The position numbers were made by a program, and so were the translations under genes. The notes beneath the pieces are model-generated. The model ran no database searches. It was not told where the DNA came from and was given only the letters and a program-made list of their open reading frames with translations. This document shows, piece by piece, positions 46,522-58,869 of a stretch of DNA of 64,000 nucleotides (positions are counted from its first letter, which is position 1; each line of letters starts with the position of its first letter). The stretch is from a virus: IMG/VR virus record IMGVR_UViG_3300045988_083782. One strand, written 5' to 3'.

Positions 46522-47260
46522 GGATTACACTAAGTTTTTAATAGATGATAATTATTCTGTAGATTATGTCATTTACAGATTTAAAAATAATGTAAATGGA
46601 AAAGTCTATATAGGACAAACTACTAAAAGTTTACATAAACGAGTAATCTAGCATTTAACTAATAGTAGACCTACTACAAAAGCTCATAAAACTTATTTTC
46701 ATAACGCGTTGAACAAATACGGAATTGAAAATTTTAGTTTGGATATTATTGAGCGTTGTTCTTCGCAAAAAGAACTAAACGAAAGAGAAATATATTGGAT
46801 CGCTTATTATAAATCTACTGATAAAAAATATGGATACAATATAGATTCTGGAGGAAATCTAGGAAAGTCTACATCTAAGTTAAGTAAAGAACATAGACAA
46901 GCATTACTTGCTGCTAATCTTGGAAAACAAAGATCTAAAACTACTAAATAGAGACTTAAACAAGTTCATAAATAGTTATGGGAAGATCCTGAATTTAAAG
47001 CTAAACATATTGGTAATATTTTAAAAGTGGCAGGAATAAATAAAAAACCTGTATATCAATACGATTTAGATGGTAAGTTTATAAAGGAATGGCAATGTAT
47101 TTCTGATGTACAAGAAGCTCTATATGGAAATAAAAGAAACGGAAACATGACTAGAAATATTATTAACAGCAATAACAAAAATATGTTGGGTTTTATGAAA
47201 AATATGTCCATTTGGTCATTTACTTCACCAGCGGAAAGGAGGGCTTATCAGCGCACGTGA
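46520..47260 (+). CDS. free-standing GIY-YIG homing endonuclease (3 in-frame TAG)
   Basis: YVIYRFKNNVNGKVYIGQT, R...H and YNALNKYG are followed by a NEREIYWI region. It also has NUMOD-like KEHRQALLAANLGKQRS and C-terminal PVYQYDLDGKFIKEWQCISDVQEAL. The frame links track ORFs 46709 and 47027. Confidence 0.7.
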
Positions 47261-47261
47261 A

Positions 47262-47975
47262 ATGCAAGTAGAGTTCGAAAGACGAATTACATTGATGAAT
47301 CCAGACTTTGAGTTGAAAGAAAAACTCACTTCTGATACTATCTTTTCTTTCTTAAATGCCTATACTGAAAGATATGTAAGAATAAATTACTTACAAGAGG
47401 ACTAGGTATTAGATGGAACTAGAGCTCAGAAGAAGAATGCAGATGCATTGAAAGGATTGATTGTAAGAGGTCTTTATGAAGTAGATACTAAAGACGCTAA
47501 TAATACTGATAAAGTATCTGATAGAGTCAAATTACCTGAAGACTACTTCCTGTATATCAGAAGTAACAGCATGATCTCTAAAAACTATAAAATAGAAACT
47601 GAGATCAGCAATCCAACAGATTATGTTATTACTCCTAATAAGACTATTAGAGAGGATGATGTAGAGAAGATAATCTCTACTTATTATAACAAGGCAATTA
47701 TGCTTAATCCGTATGTAGTGCTTAATGCTGGTAATAATGCTGATACACAGAAAAGTATTTACATTAATATTATACATGATGAATATACTGTAATTAAGAA
47801 GCTTGATTTAGTATATTATCGTAAACCAAAGAAATTTGATGTAATTGGCGTTGATGGCGTTAATGTATTAAATAAATGTGAATTACCTGATAACGTACAT
47901 ATGGAGATTGTAGAAGGCGCAGTAGAAATGTTTATTACTGAGGCTAGATATCGTCTTAACATGAAACAAGACTAA
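47262..47975 (+). CDS. hypothetical structural protein, distant paralogue of 47978-48703 (1 in-frame TAG)
   Basis: ATG 47262 is in frame with track ORF 47448. The C-terminal pattern ..Y.RKP.K.D is shared with the next gene. Confidence 0.5.
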
Positions 47976-47977
47976 TT

Positions 47978-48703
47978 ATGAAATACATTGCCCTGCAAGA
48001 AGCATTTGAATTAGAGATTAATAAGTTAGATGATAACTTAAGTAAACCTACTACAAATACTACTGAATACTTTTTAAATGCTGGTCTAGATAAGTTCTGG
48101 AAGACTCGTTACTCTGCTATGAATTATAAAAGAGAAGGGTTTGAATAGACTGAAAAGCGTATTGATGATCTTCGTACTTTAGTACAAGAAGAATCATTTG
48201 AAGATGCTGCTATTACTACAGTAAATCCTTCACTATATACAGTGACATTACCAGAAAACTATGTACTGTTACTTGGTGATACTGCTGGTATACAGCCTGC
48301 TGATGGAGTAGAGATACCTTGCTGGGAAAAAGATGAAGAAGGTAATTATATAGTACATTATACAGATACTATAGAAGGTACCATAGAAACTGTAGATAGA
48401 ATCAAAGAGAATTCACTATCAGAGTATCATCTACATTATACTAAAGCTAGACCTATTAAGTTGATCGCTAGAGACTTAATTAAACTATATACGGATGGTA
48501 AATATAAAGTAAGTAAATATACTATTAGTTACATCCGCAAACCAAACAAAATAGATATTCACAAAGAACCATTTGCTGAATATACAGATATGCCTGAACA
48601 TACATAGTTAGAGATAGTAAAGTTAGCAGCTTAGCTATACTTAGAGAATCAGGCTAATCCAAGATACCAGTCATATAACAATGAAGTTAATGTGATGGAA
48701 TAA
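47978..48703 (+). CDS. hypothetical structural protein (3 in-frame TAG)
   Basis: ATG 47978 is in frame with track ORF 48242 and continues past TAG 48605 to TAA 48701. Confidence 0.5.
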
Positions 48704-48808
48704 AGAATAAGCGCTTACTAACGTGGAAATCTGAAATAATGAAAGTAGAAGGTAAGCATGTTAAACAAGAAAGCGCTTAATTAATGTTTAACTAAACAAA
48801 TATAAACT

Positions 48809-49792
48809 ATGATTACAAGAGTTGATACCGTACTTATCGGTAAAAATTGTCCTGCTTCTTATACTACAGCTGACGATTTGGCTGCTGGTGATGTTGCAAT
48901 GTTTGACCAAGATAGAAAAATCATCAAAACAGCTGCTGATGCGGTAAAAGCTAGTGCGTTGTATATCGGTGTAGCACAGGATAAAGTAACTGTAACTAAA
49001 CCTGATGGTACTACTGAACAAAAAGCTAACATTGAATTTTCTAATGCAATTCAGAAAGACTCTAAACCGTCTGCTGTAATTGGTACTTATGTTGCTCCTG
49101 TTCAGGAAAAGATTGTTATTACTTTGACGAATGCTACAATCGTTGCTGGAAACCGTTACGTTCTTCGTATTGTTTACAAAGACATGTTTGAAGATCCGGG
49201 ACAGTTTACTCACACTTACGAAGTATTTGCTGAATCTGCAACTGCTGCTGATCTGGCTACTGCTATCGTTAAGAAGATTAATAAACACGCTAATCGTCGC
49301 GTTTAGGCATCTGCTTCTGCTGCTGTTATTACTTTAACTGCTATGGAAAAAGATGACAACGAAGGTGTATATTCTATCAATGAATATAGCGTTGTATCTA
49401 TGGACGCTAGCTTGTATGAAACAATTCCGGGCGCTTTATTGAGCAACTACCCGAAAGCAGTTGCTGGTGCAACTATTGTTAAAACTCCAGGTAACCCAGG
49501 TAAAGGTTATTGGAAACAAGTTAGAGACAGAGAAGCACGTCAGATGGGTTACAAAGGACATGTATTTACAGGTGCATATCCTGAAGTAGAACAGGTTAGA
49601 AAAGTAGTTGCTGGTGATACTTATGACTATGCTACTATTGAAAATGATAACTTGTATCTGAGCAATGATAACCAGTATATTAAGACTACTCCGATCTTGA
49701 CTGAATTATATGTTAAGGCTGGTACTCTTAATAACTCTGTACTTGCAAAAGGTTTGCAAGCATTTATCAGCGGTGTTGCTCCGTCTGTATAA
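48809..49792 (+). CDS. virion structural protein (1 in-frame TAG)
   Basis: Track ORFs 48809 and 49343 share a frame joined by TAG. A strong terminator follows. Confidence 0.55.
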
Positions 49793-49815
49793 TATTAAAT
49801 TTCAGTGTACCGTAA

Positions 49816-49850
49816 AGGGGGTTGGGGGTAAAACCCTGACTCCCTTTTTT
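49816..49850 (+). terminator. rho-independent terminator
   Basis: G-rich compound hairpin AGGGGGTTGGGGGTAAAACCCTGACTCCCT followed by TTTTTT. Confidence 0.65.
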
Positions 49851-49861
49851 ATTTAAGTAAT

Positions 49862-50407
49862 ATGGAAATAACTAAAACAGAAACAACAATTGAGATCAAG
49901 CTGAAGTCAGCCATGAATGTAACAGCAGTATATGTAGATAACTTAGATAACTTTAAGAATGCTTATTCAACTGTAGTTACTAATCATACTCAAGCAACTG
50001 TAAAAGAATTTGGTAGTGTAACTGAAATCAGTATACCATTTGAAGAAGGTACTTCTACAAGTGCATTTACTGTTACTATTAGTACTGCTGATGGAGTATA
50101 GGAAGTTGGTTTTTACTACGATAAAGATCAATTATATTATGCAGAGATTGATGTTCTAACTAATCATTGTAATACTTGTTTAGATAAACAGTAGAAAGAA
50201 AGAATGACATTGTTTATACTTAAGAAAGATCTGTTAGAATATGCAGAGCAGAATAATATGATAGACAATGCTGTTAACTTCTACATAGACTTAGACAGAA
50301 TGCTAAATTTAAGTAAGCTATCTAGATCAGTAGATACTTATAATACTGTAATTAGAGGTTGTAATAAACAGTGTAAATGCTGTTGTAATGGATCTTGTGC
50401 AATATGA
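49862..50407 (+). CDS. hypothetical protein with Cys-rich C-terminus (2 in-frame TAG)
   Basis: Track ORFs 49862 and 50204 are in one frame. The protein ends CNKQCKCCCNGSCAI. Confidence 0.5.
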
Positions 50408-50631
50408 ATAAAGACACATATATAATCGGTGCAGGTCTAAATTATGAAACTAAAGTAAATCTAAACTATAAGAAATGGTATATGCTTAATTTCGTATGTG
50501 CTGAGCATATAATGTAGTTATTAGATGATTCTAGGAGTAGTAATCTTTCATATGAATAGATTGAAAGACTTAGAGCTCACATTAAAAAACTAATAAGATA
50601 TGACTATAGACGAACTTTACCAGTTAGTTAA
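50404..50631 (+). CDS. hypothetical protein (2 in-frame TAG)
   Basis: An ATGA overlap joins it to the previous gene. It has 75 codons ending at TAA 50629. Confidence 0.35.
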
Positions 50632-51319
50632 GTAGATTCAGGCACAAGTAGAACTTAATACACTTGCAGTTCAAAGTATATCTAATCAGCTTAATACCTA
50701 TACTCCATTATCACAATTCTATAATGTGAATAATAAAGTAAATGGTTATGATGCTACTCTAACTGATATAGCTAACAAGGTAGCCACATTGTCTTTAGAT
50801 CTATCTAAAGTGAATAAACTATCTACTATGCTAGACACTAATATCAAGAATGCAGCCATAGATGACATACTATAGTTTGATGGTGATAGGTGGACTAATG
50901 TTAAAGCAAGTGGAATTGTAGGTGGTGGTGGAGTTAACAAACTAGAAGATTTGTCAGACGTTAGAATAAGTAACAAATTAGATAAACAATCTCTAGTATG
51001 GGACAATACTACTAGTAAATGGATCAACTATACTGTATCAAGCGGTGGTGGAGGAGAAGGTGGAGGATTAGATGTTACTGCTATGTGGCAAGAATTAGCT
51101 AAAGCAGACTCTAGTAAAACTATAGATCCAAGCCACATTACTGGATTTGTACAGTCTACAAATGGAACTGCTACTAATCTAACAGTAAATACTTTAACTA
51201 CTAGTGGAAATGTAAGAATGACTAACGGTAGTAAACAGCTTAGCTTGACTACTTCTGGAGTAAGTGTTAATGGAGATCTTACTTCGACTGGAGAAATAAC
51301 AGCATACAAACTAGCGTAA
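50600..51319 (+). CDS. tail-fibre-associated protein (2 in-frame TAG)
   Basis: ATG 50600 is in frame with track ORF 50951. It has Gly-rich linkers and ends GEITAYKLA, a motif family repeated in the fibre gene. Confidence 0.5.
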
Positions 51320-51322
51320 AAA

Positions 51323-54300
51323 ATGAATAGAAATAACATATATACAGTTAATCCATTATATAATGGTTCTACTACTTAGACTACAGAAGATGGTTCTGTA
51401 CAAAGTGGTGGAACCACTATTATTTACCAATAGGGTGGTGGAACTGGTCTAACAGATGCTTAGAAATAGAAACTAGATGGTATTTAGGAAGGAGCTGAAG
51501 TAAATCAGAATGCTTACTCAAAAGTAAGATTAAATGGTTCTGATGCTTTAATAGTAGAAGCAAAGAATAAAACTGATATACTTAACATGTCAGGAGTATA
51601 TCCTATTGCTATTGCTATTAATGACAATGGAGGACTTGATTTTACAGTATCATCAGACCAATCTAATACTAATTCTGTAGTAACACAAGCATAGTTAAAA
51701 GCTGCTCTAGATTAGTTAGAAAAAGATCAGTATTGGAAAGTAGATGCAGATGGTAAGTTATATACTGAATTAGATGTATATTCTCACAAAGAAATCTCAG
51801 CGTATGGAGCTGGTACTGGTGGAGGAGGTACAGGTGGTGCAGGTGCATTATATGAATGTGCCGATGTACTTAGAGATGGTGATAAAGTAAAAGGAGCAGA
51901 AGTAGGCTCTGTATTATCATACAATGGTACACACTGGTATGCTATTCCACAATCAGCAATTGTTCCAGATCTTAGTGGTTACGCTACTAAATCATATGTA
52001 TCATAGGAGATTAATGACCTAATAGGTGGAGCTCCTGGTACATTAGATACTTTAAAAGAGATTGCAGAAGCATTAGGCAACGATCCTAACTTTGCAACTA
52101 CTATTACCAATATGATAAACAATATTGGTCTTAGAGTAGATGACATAGAAGCTAGAGTAGTATCTCTAGAAGATATGTTTGAATGGGATAAATCTGCTAG
52201 TGCTAGCGATTCATCTCTTTGGCGTATTAAGGCAAAGAGAGATTTATTTGGAGTAGGAGAAATCTCAGCGTATGGGTATTCAGCAGGCACAGTACCAACT
52301 GGTGCACAATACTTATATGAATTAAAGGATGTACAACTAACAGATTTAGCTACAGGTCAATTACTACAGTATAATGGAAGTAAGTGGGTAAACATAGATA
52401 AGAATGCAGTAGGTCTTAATGAAACAGAATTAGGTAGATATCTTACTAATAATAACTATGCTAAGAAAACTGATATTACTTGGGCTAACTTACTAAACAA
52501 ACCTACTACTTGGGCATGGGCTGATATTACTGGTAAACCTACTACATTAGCTGGATATGGTATTACAGATGCTGTAATTAGTTCTAGATAGGTATTAGCA
52601 GGTAATGGATTAACTGGTGGAGGAGCATTAACCTCTGATGTTACTTTATCATTAAATACTATTGGAACTGCTGGTACATATACTAAAATAACTACAGATC
52701 AATATGGTAGAGTAGTATCTGGTACTATACTATCTGAAGGTGATATACCTACTTTACAAATAAGTAAGATTAGTGGGTTGTAGTCTGCATTAGATAGTAA
52801 ACTCAATATAAGTGATTTCAATACTTGGTTTACTATTAATAGAGATACATCTGGTAATATAGTTAGTATATAGGCTAATTACAATCTATTCTCTGTGGGA
52901 GAAGTATCTGCATATGGATTAGGTGGAACTCAACCTTCTATTACCACATTAGCTGGATTAGATGATGTTAATATTAGTAACCCACAAAATAAGTAGGCAC
53001 TAATATATGATTCTGCATCAGGTAAATGGATAAATGGAGCAAGTGTTGGAGGAGGTAATATATCTCTTAATGGTACTGTTTATACAGCAGTGGATGGACT
53101 TATTACTTTACCTAATTTATATGAAAAAGTTGCAGGAGGTACTTCTTCTCAATTCCTCAAAGCAGATGGGAGTGTAGATGGGAATAGATACTGGGAATAC
53201 AGTCATGTGTCTGTTCCAGAATCTATAGACTTTACATATCATGATGGAAAGCTACGATTAATACAGAATAATTCTGGTACATCCGTTGGACCAACTATGT
53301 ATTGGGGAGGTCTATCTGCAATTAGTAATTACAATGGTTTTCAGCTTGTAGTATATGGAGGTACTACTGAAGCGTATTATATCAGAAAAACAGCTGATAA
53401 TAATACTTGGAGTGATTGGTCATAGCTAATAACATCTAGAAATTATGAAGGTATTGTAGGTAATAAGTTTGTATTAAAAGCAGGTGACACTATGACCGGA
53501 CGTCTTACTGCGCCTTTTTTTAGAGCGAACAATATGATCTCTGTCGGAGTTCCTGTAGAACAATTATCTTCGTCTAGAGCTGAATTAAACATAATCACAT
53601 TAACAAATAATCCTTGTGATATATGGATGGGAGCTAATAATCAAAGACATTGGTCTATTACAGCTAGAGATTCTACCGAAAATTATCAATTAGGTATATA
53701 CAATAGTAAAGTATCTAGTTGGAACGCTATCTTTAGAGACAATATTAATGACTTTTATGTTAAGACAGAAGTACGTGATACTTTCTTGGTCTTACCGACA
53801 ACAGGTGGTGGTTATAATGAGGGCATTAGAATAGGAAATGCTTCAAACGGATGGTCTAATATTCAATTCGGATCTCAAAATGCTTGGAACGGTAAAGTTG
53901 ATGGGCAATGGATTATAGGAAGAAATCCGGTGAAGTATTTCCAGATTTGTCTAGCTGGAACTGAAACTGCCAACACTTCAAAACCGGGTAAAGGAATCTC
54001 CATAGATATTAATGGTTATCTGGATACTGGTTATATCCGTCCTAATATAGATACTGAATATAAAGCGAATTATTTCTATGCTTCAGATGATAGTTTCATA
54101 AGAAGAACTACTTGGAATTACGCTCTAAACTGTTTAAACCAAAATCAATTAACTTTAGACCTTTCAAGCCTTGATTCTAATAAGTGGTATCCCTGTACTA
54201 TCAATGCTCCGGCTTACGGAGGAACCCCATTGAGAATCACTATATTTAATGGTCTTAGAGGTAATAAACCATCGTGGGCATCACACTCTTCCGGATTCTC

Positions 54301-55942
54301 TTTGTTACTGGATTATTATGTGACGGGTTCCGGTTGGGGAACGTTAAGTGCTGTTTCTAAGTTAGATTGGTATCATGGATCTTATGGTGGGGAAACTGCT
54401 TTTGGCGGTAGACAACAAAACACGATGGGATCTGCTGAGATTGTTTATTTGCGTGGTGGAGGTGTCTATTATTATAGAACTACTAATCACGGACAGTTAA
54501 CTGTTCATCCAAATGGGTATTCTTGGGCTAGCGGATCTTATACGTATAGTGCGGCAGTAAAAACCTCACAAGATAATTCTCCAATGGAGAAAACATTTGA
54601 TCAGGTATATTGGGCACCTGCAAATCTAAGAACAACAAGAAATTTATGGGGACAACCTTTTAATGGCACAAGCGATGTATCTGGAGCTTTGCAATATGTG
54701 ACTACCATTAATGCTTCTAGCACTATCTATACAGGTGGTGATATTATTGCTTACAGTAGACTGTTTTGTGGAGGTTATTTATATGTTCATAGAAACGCAC
54801 ATAGTAGTAGTGCAGCTCCTGCTATATCCTTAGCAATCGGAGACACTGATACCGGATTTAATTGGTATTCAGATGGTGCTGTACAGATTTATTCTAACGG
54901 GTCTGCTGTAGGAATGTGGACAGGTAGTGAGTTTAGATATGGTCACGGGTATTTTAAACAAGCTAGTGGAAACGACTATTCTCAATTAGGTATAATGGTC
55001 AACGGTAACGGTACTGCCAATACTATTAAACCTGGAATCGGTTTTCACCAACCAGGAGTATTTGCAGGATCTATAAGAATGAATGATGGTTCTACATTTG
55101 GACTCTATGCTCAGGGTGGTAGTGGTCTAGCAAACCTTAGTTTGAATGGATGGTATACAAATTTCGGTTATATAAATGGTGACGGAATACACCTTTCATC
55201 AGGTTGGCTTAGGACTGTTGGGGCTACAGGCTGGTATAATGAAACCTATGCTGGTGGTATGTACATGGCAGATGGTACTTGGATAAGAACTTATAACGGT
55301 CGAAAGTTCTATGTTGATAATGCAGAGGTAGATGCTATATTAACTCAGGGAGGTTTTAGAAGCAATGGCAATAGTCAAGTTGGCTTACAAATTGATGGTT
55401 CTGAATCTACTAGGACTATTATCTATGGAAAAATTGGTTCTACTGTAAATTCAGTAGTTGCCAGATATGCTGTAAACTGGTATTCTGAATGGGCACGCTT
55501 TGATGTACATCGAGGAGGAGGAACAGATATTCTAAAATTTAGCTGGAAACATAATGATACAGAATTAATGTATCTAGGTATGGGAGGTTATTTCCAAGTT
55601 AACGGTACTATTGTTTCTACAGGTGAAGTTACAGCATATTCTGATATAAGACTTAAAACCAATATTAAACCTCTAGATTATAAGGGAAGGTTAGCTCCTA
55701 AATGGTTTATCAAAGATAATAAGCCTAGTATTGGCTTCATTGCACAAGAGGTGTAGGCTTTATACCCTGAACTTGTTAAAGTAAACACAAGTACTATAGA
55801 GAATTACCTGAGCTTAAACTACGGTGCAATTACCGCAGTTCTCTCAGCTCAAGTAAATAAAGTAGAGGATGAAGTAGAAGTACTTAAAAATAGAATCAGA
55901 TAGCTTGAGAATGAAGTTGCTCTGTTAAAACAGAAACCTTGA
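51323..55942 (+). CDS. long tail fibre: constant N-terminal part plus currently expressed C-terminal module with S74-type chaperone end (15 in-frame TAG)
   Basis: A single frame runs from ATG 51323 to TGA 55940-55942, linking track ORFs 52112, 53090 and 53492. It has repeated GE[IV][ST]AYG motifs. The C-terminal SDIRLKTNIKPL...GFIAQEV is typical of the intramolecular chaperone peptidase domain of fibres and spikes. Confidence 0.75.
53153..53185 (+). repeat. 33-bp inverted repeat, left copy (inside the fibre ORF, encodes FLKADGSVDGN)
   Basis: TTCCTCAAAGCAGATGGGAGTGTAGATGGGAAT has its exact reverse complement at 58575-58607. Confidence 0.95.
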
Positions 55943-58574
55943 TCTCTAGCTCTCTTACTTTGTTTTTCAACGTAGTTACTTCATCTTCAACATGATTCAA
56001 CTATGCGGACAATACAGCAGTACATCCATTGTAGTTCAGAGATAAATATGGGCGATTCTTATCCTAGCCTAATACTAACTCTGGATACAATGCTTGTACT
56101 TCTTGTGCTATAAAACCTATTGATTGCTTACCATCCTTTACATAGTGTCTAGGTATAAGTCTTCCTCTATAGTTTAATGTATGTATATTACTTTTTAATC
56201 TAGCATCTGAGTATGCAGTTACCTCACCAGATGCAACCACACTGCCAGTTACTGATAGAGTACTTCCAGTAATTGTTACAACATAACTTCCTGTAGTATT
56301 GTTTACATCTCCATTTCTTCTACCTATATACATGTTTCCATCCTAATTAGAGTATATTCCCCATGTATAACTACGGTTAGCTAAATTAATTCCTATGTGA
56401 TTAGTGTTGTATAGCTTTATACCACAATAATGACCGCCAATACCCCAAGATCTGTAACCAGAGTTATATAACACTTTATTATTGTATACCTAAACCATAT
56501 CAGAATCAGTCATATAGATCCCACCTCCATAAGATTGAGAGTACCATCCGGTAGCACCGTCTGTACGTATCCAAGACGAAGCTCGAATATCACCAGATAC
56601 ATTTAATTTATAATCAGGACTAATTCCTCCAATTGCAACATTACCACCTCCATTACACATCTGTAAATGTTGACCTGATTTATGCTGTAAGTACAATCTA
56701 GAGTTCCAGTTATTTATCTCAGAAGAACATCCTCCGTCATTACCAGAATTATCAGTTTCTATACAAATATTTCTACTTTTTAAACCAATACTTGAAAAGA
56801 AGGTTTGCGCTGACCAATTGACGCCATCTTTATTACTATTATAAGCAGTCCATACTTCATAGTTTGTACCATAAGAAGTCCCATTAGAATTTTGGGTGCT
56901 TATACCAAATCTAGGTGTCCCATTTCTAATAAAATGTAAGGCACACATTGGAAGTACATCACCACCTGAGTATCCATTAATCCATAAGGTATCAGACCAA
57001 GGTCCTCCAAAACCAATACCAGTCATAGCAACTCTTAACCCCATGTGTTGAGAGAAATAAGTTTGCGGATTAGCTTGCGTTCCACCATTATATCTAGTAG
57101 GTAAATACGTAGCATACCCATCTATATTTCCAGTAATTGTATTCTTAGAGGTCAAGTTGGTAAATACCGCAGCTCCATTTGTTCTTATACTCCAATAAGC
57201 TTCCGCAGCTCCATCAGCAGAGCAAAGGTCTTGACAATATACCCATCCGGAATTCCCCGAAGATCCTATATACAGATTATGATTTAAAGAACAAACTCTT
57301 TGCCCATATATTATCGCACCAAAGATTTTACCAAATTGCCATGTTTCAGTACCTAAGAAAGAATTGCCTGAAGAAGATCCTTGCTCAAATGGAATTAATC
57401 CGGGTTTTGCTGTTCGTATCCAATCCGTATCAATATTTCCAACTTTACCCATTCCATAGTATCCATTCTTGTTTATAGCTCTGATGTAGTTATCATCATA
57501 TCTATTCATAGAAGTCTTAGGAACAAGTACAGCTCTTGATAGTCCTGTTTCTGCTGTTATAATAGATATACTAAATGAATTAATGACATAATGATTTGTA
57601 GTATTCTGACCACCAAATATTTGATATAAAAATACTTTAGGATAATGCCATTCATAAGTTAAACTCCCTAGTAATATACAACATCTACCTGCATTATCAT
57701 CGTAAGCAACTCTAACATCTCCACTAAATTCTCCATTAACTTGATAACTATAATTATAATAACCTGGACTAGCTGTATAATTATAAAAACTTACAGTTAT
57801 TTCAGAGCTACCTTTATTATCGTATTCATAAAGCATTATCTTATACACAGCCATAGTATTACTCCAAGTAATAGGCAATACTATCTTTATAGTTCCGGTC
57901 ATAGTACTACCGGTTCCATCAAACATAGAACCATTCCCAAAATAATTTGCTACAAATTTACCTCCTGACATATTTTGTGTAGACAAAACATCTGCGCTAA
58001 ATTTATTGCTTATAATCCAAGGAGCTTCAAACCATTCACCGCCTTGATTACCCATAAGTATTATTCCAGCTGTTGCACGATAAGCATCAAAATCAGTGTA
58101 AACAAATGCTACTTGTTGTGATCCATTTGCAGCAGAAAATACTAGTTTAGGAGGAGCAGAAAGAGATGGAGGATTGACAGCATCTGCTGAAATGAATAGA
58201 GAACCAGTCATGGTATCTCCAGTTTTTCTCACATACAATCCATCTGCATAATCTTTATCTAATACCATCTTCCATCCATTCCAAGAAGTGCCTATGCCTG
58301 TACGAAAACGAAGGTTAGCATTAGGATTATTTGTAGACGATGGTCCCGCTAATTGCCATGTTACATAGTCTACATTTGACCATCCACTTACAGATATACC
58401 ACTCCACCAAGTACCAGAAGGCATATCGTTTAGATTAAAGAAAGTGCTAATAGTTCTAGATTCAAAGTCTGTGGGAGCTGGGAAAGATTCTCTTCTATCA
58501 ATAACATGTAGAGAATTACTAACATTAGATTCTAAGACTTTATTCTAATTACCATTATATGCTAAGGCATACAA
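53186..58574. other. putative invertible tail-fibre segment (two convergent alternative C-terminal modules)
   Basis: The segment is bounded by the perfect 33-bp inverted repeat. It contains the 3' 2.76 kb of the plus-strand fibre gene and a startless minus-strand module. No recombinase gene was seen in the window. Confidence 0.55.
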
Positions 58575-58607
58575 ATTCCCATCTACACTCCCATCTGCTT
58601 TGAGGAA
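55896..58607 (-). CDS. alternative tail-fibre C-terminal cassette, no start codon in present orientation (5 in-frame TAG)
   Basis: The minus frame is continuous from the repeat (FLKADGSVDGN-LYALAYNGN...) through track ORFs 56490-58424 and 56064-56333 to TGA (rc of 55896-55898). It ends with SDARLKSNI...GFIAQEVQALYPELV. An in-frame TAA lies 11 codons upstream of the repeat, with no ATG, GTG or TTG between. Confidence 0.65.
58575..58607 (-). repeat. 33-bp inverted repeat, right copy
   Basis: Exact reverse complement of 53153-53185, in the same reading frame relative to its module. Confidence 0.95.
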
Positions 58608-58869
58608 CTAAGTTAAACAAATATAAATATGTATAAAATATTAGAAAATATAAGTAGTAGAGATCTATTAGAACACATATATGTAATGTAGTTATAGATA
58701 CTAAATAAACTAAATAAAATGGATGATGATGGTAAAGAATTTGCCTTAAATCTATTAGCTGATTTAATAGGTTCTAAGATAGTAGAGCGATAGGATTCTG
58801 TAATATTTGATTCTATCAATACTACAACTCGTAGTTAATTACGTTAAATATACATAAATTATATTAATA

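Noticed and set aside
58613-58819. 68-aa minus-strand ORF upstream of the silent fibre cassette, as a possible N-terminal exon or start for it.
   Set aside because: It is in a different frame from the cassette and ends at TAA before the repeat. Its translation is AT-rich low-complexity sequence.
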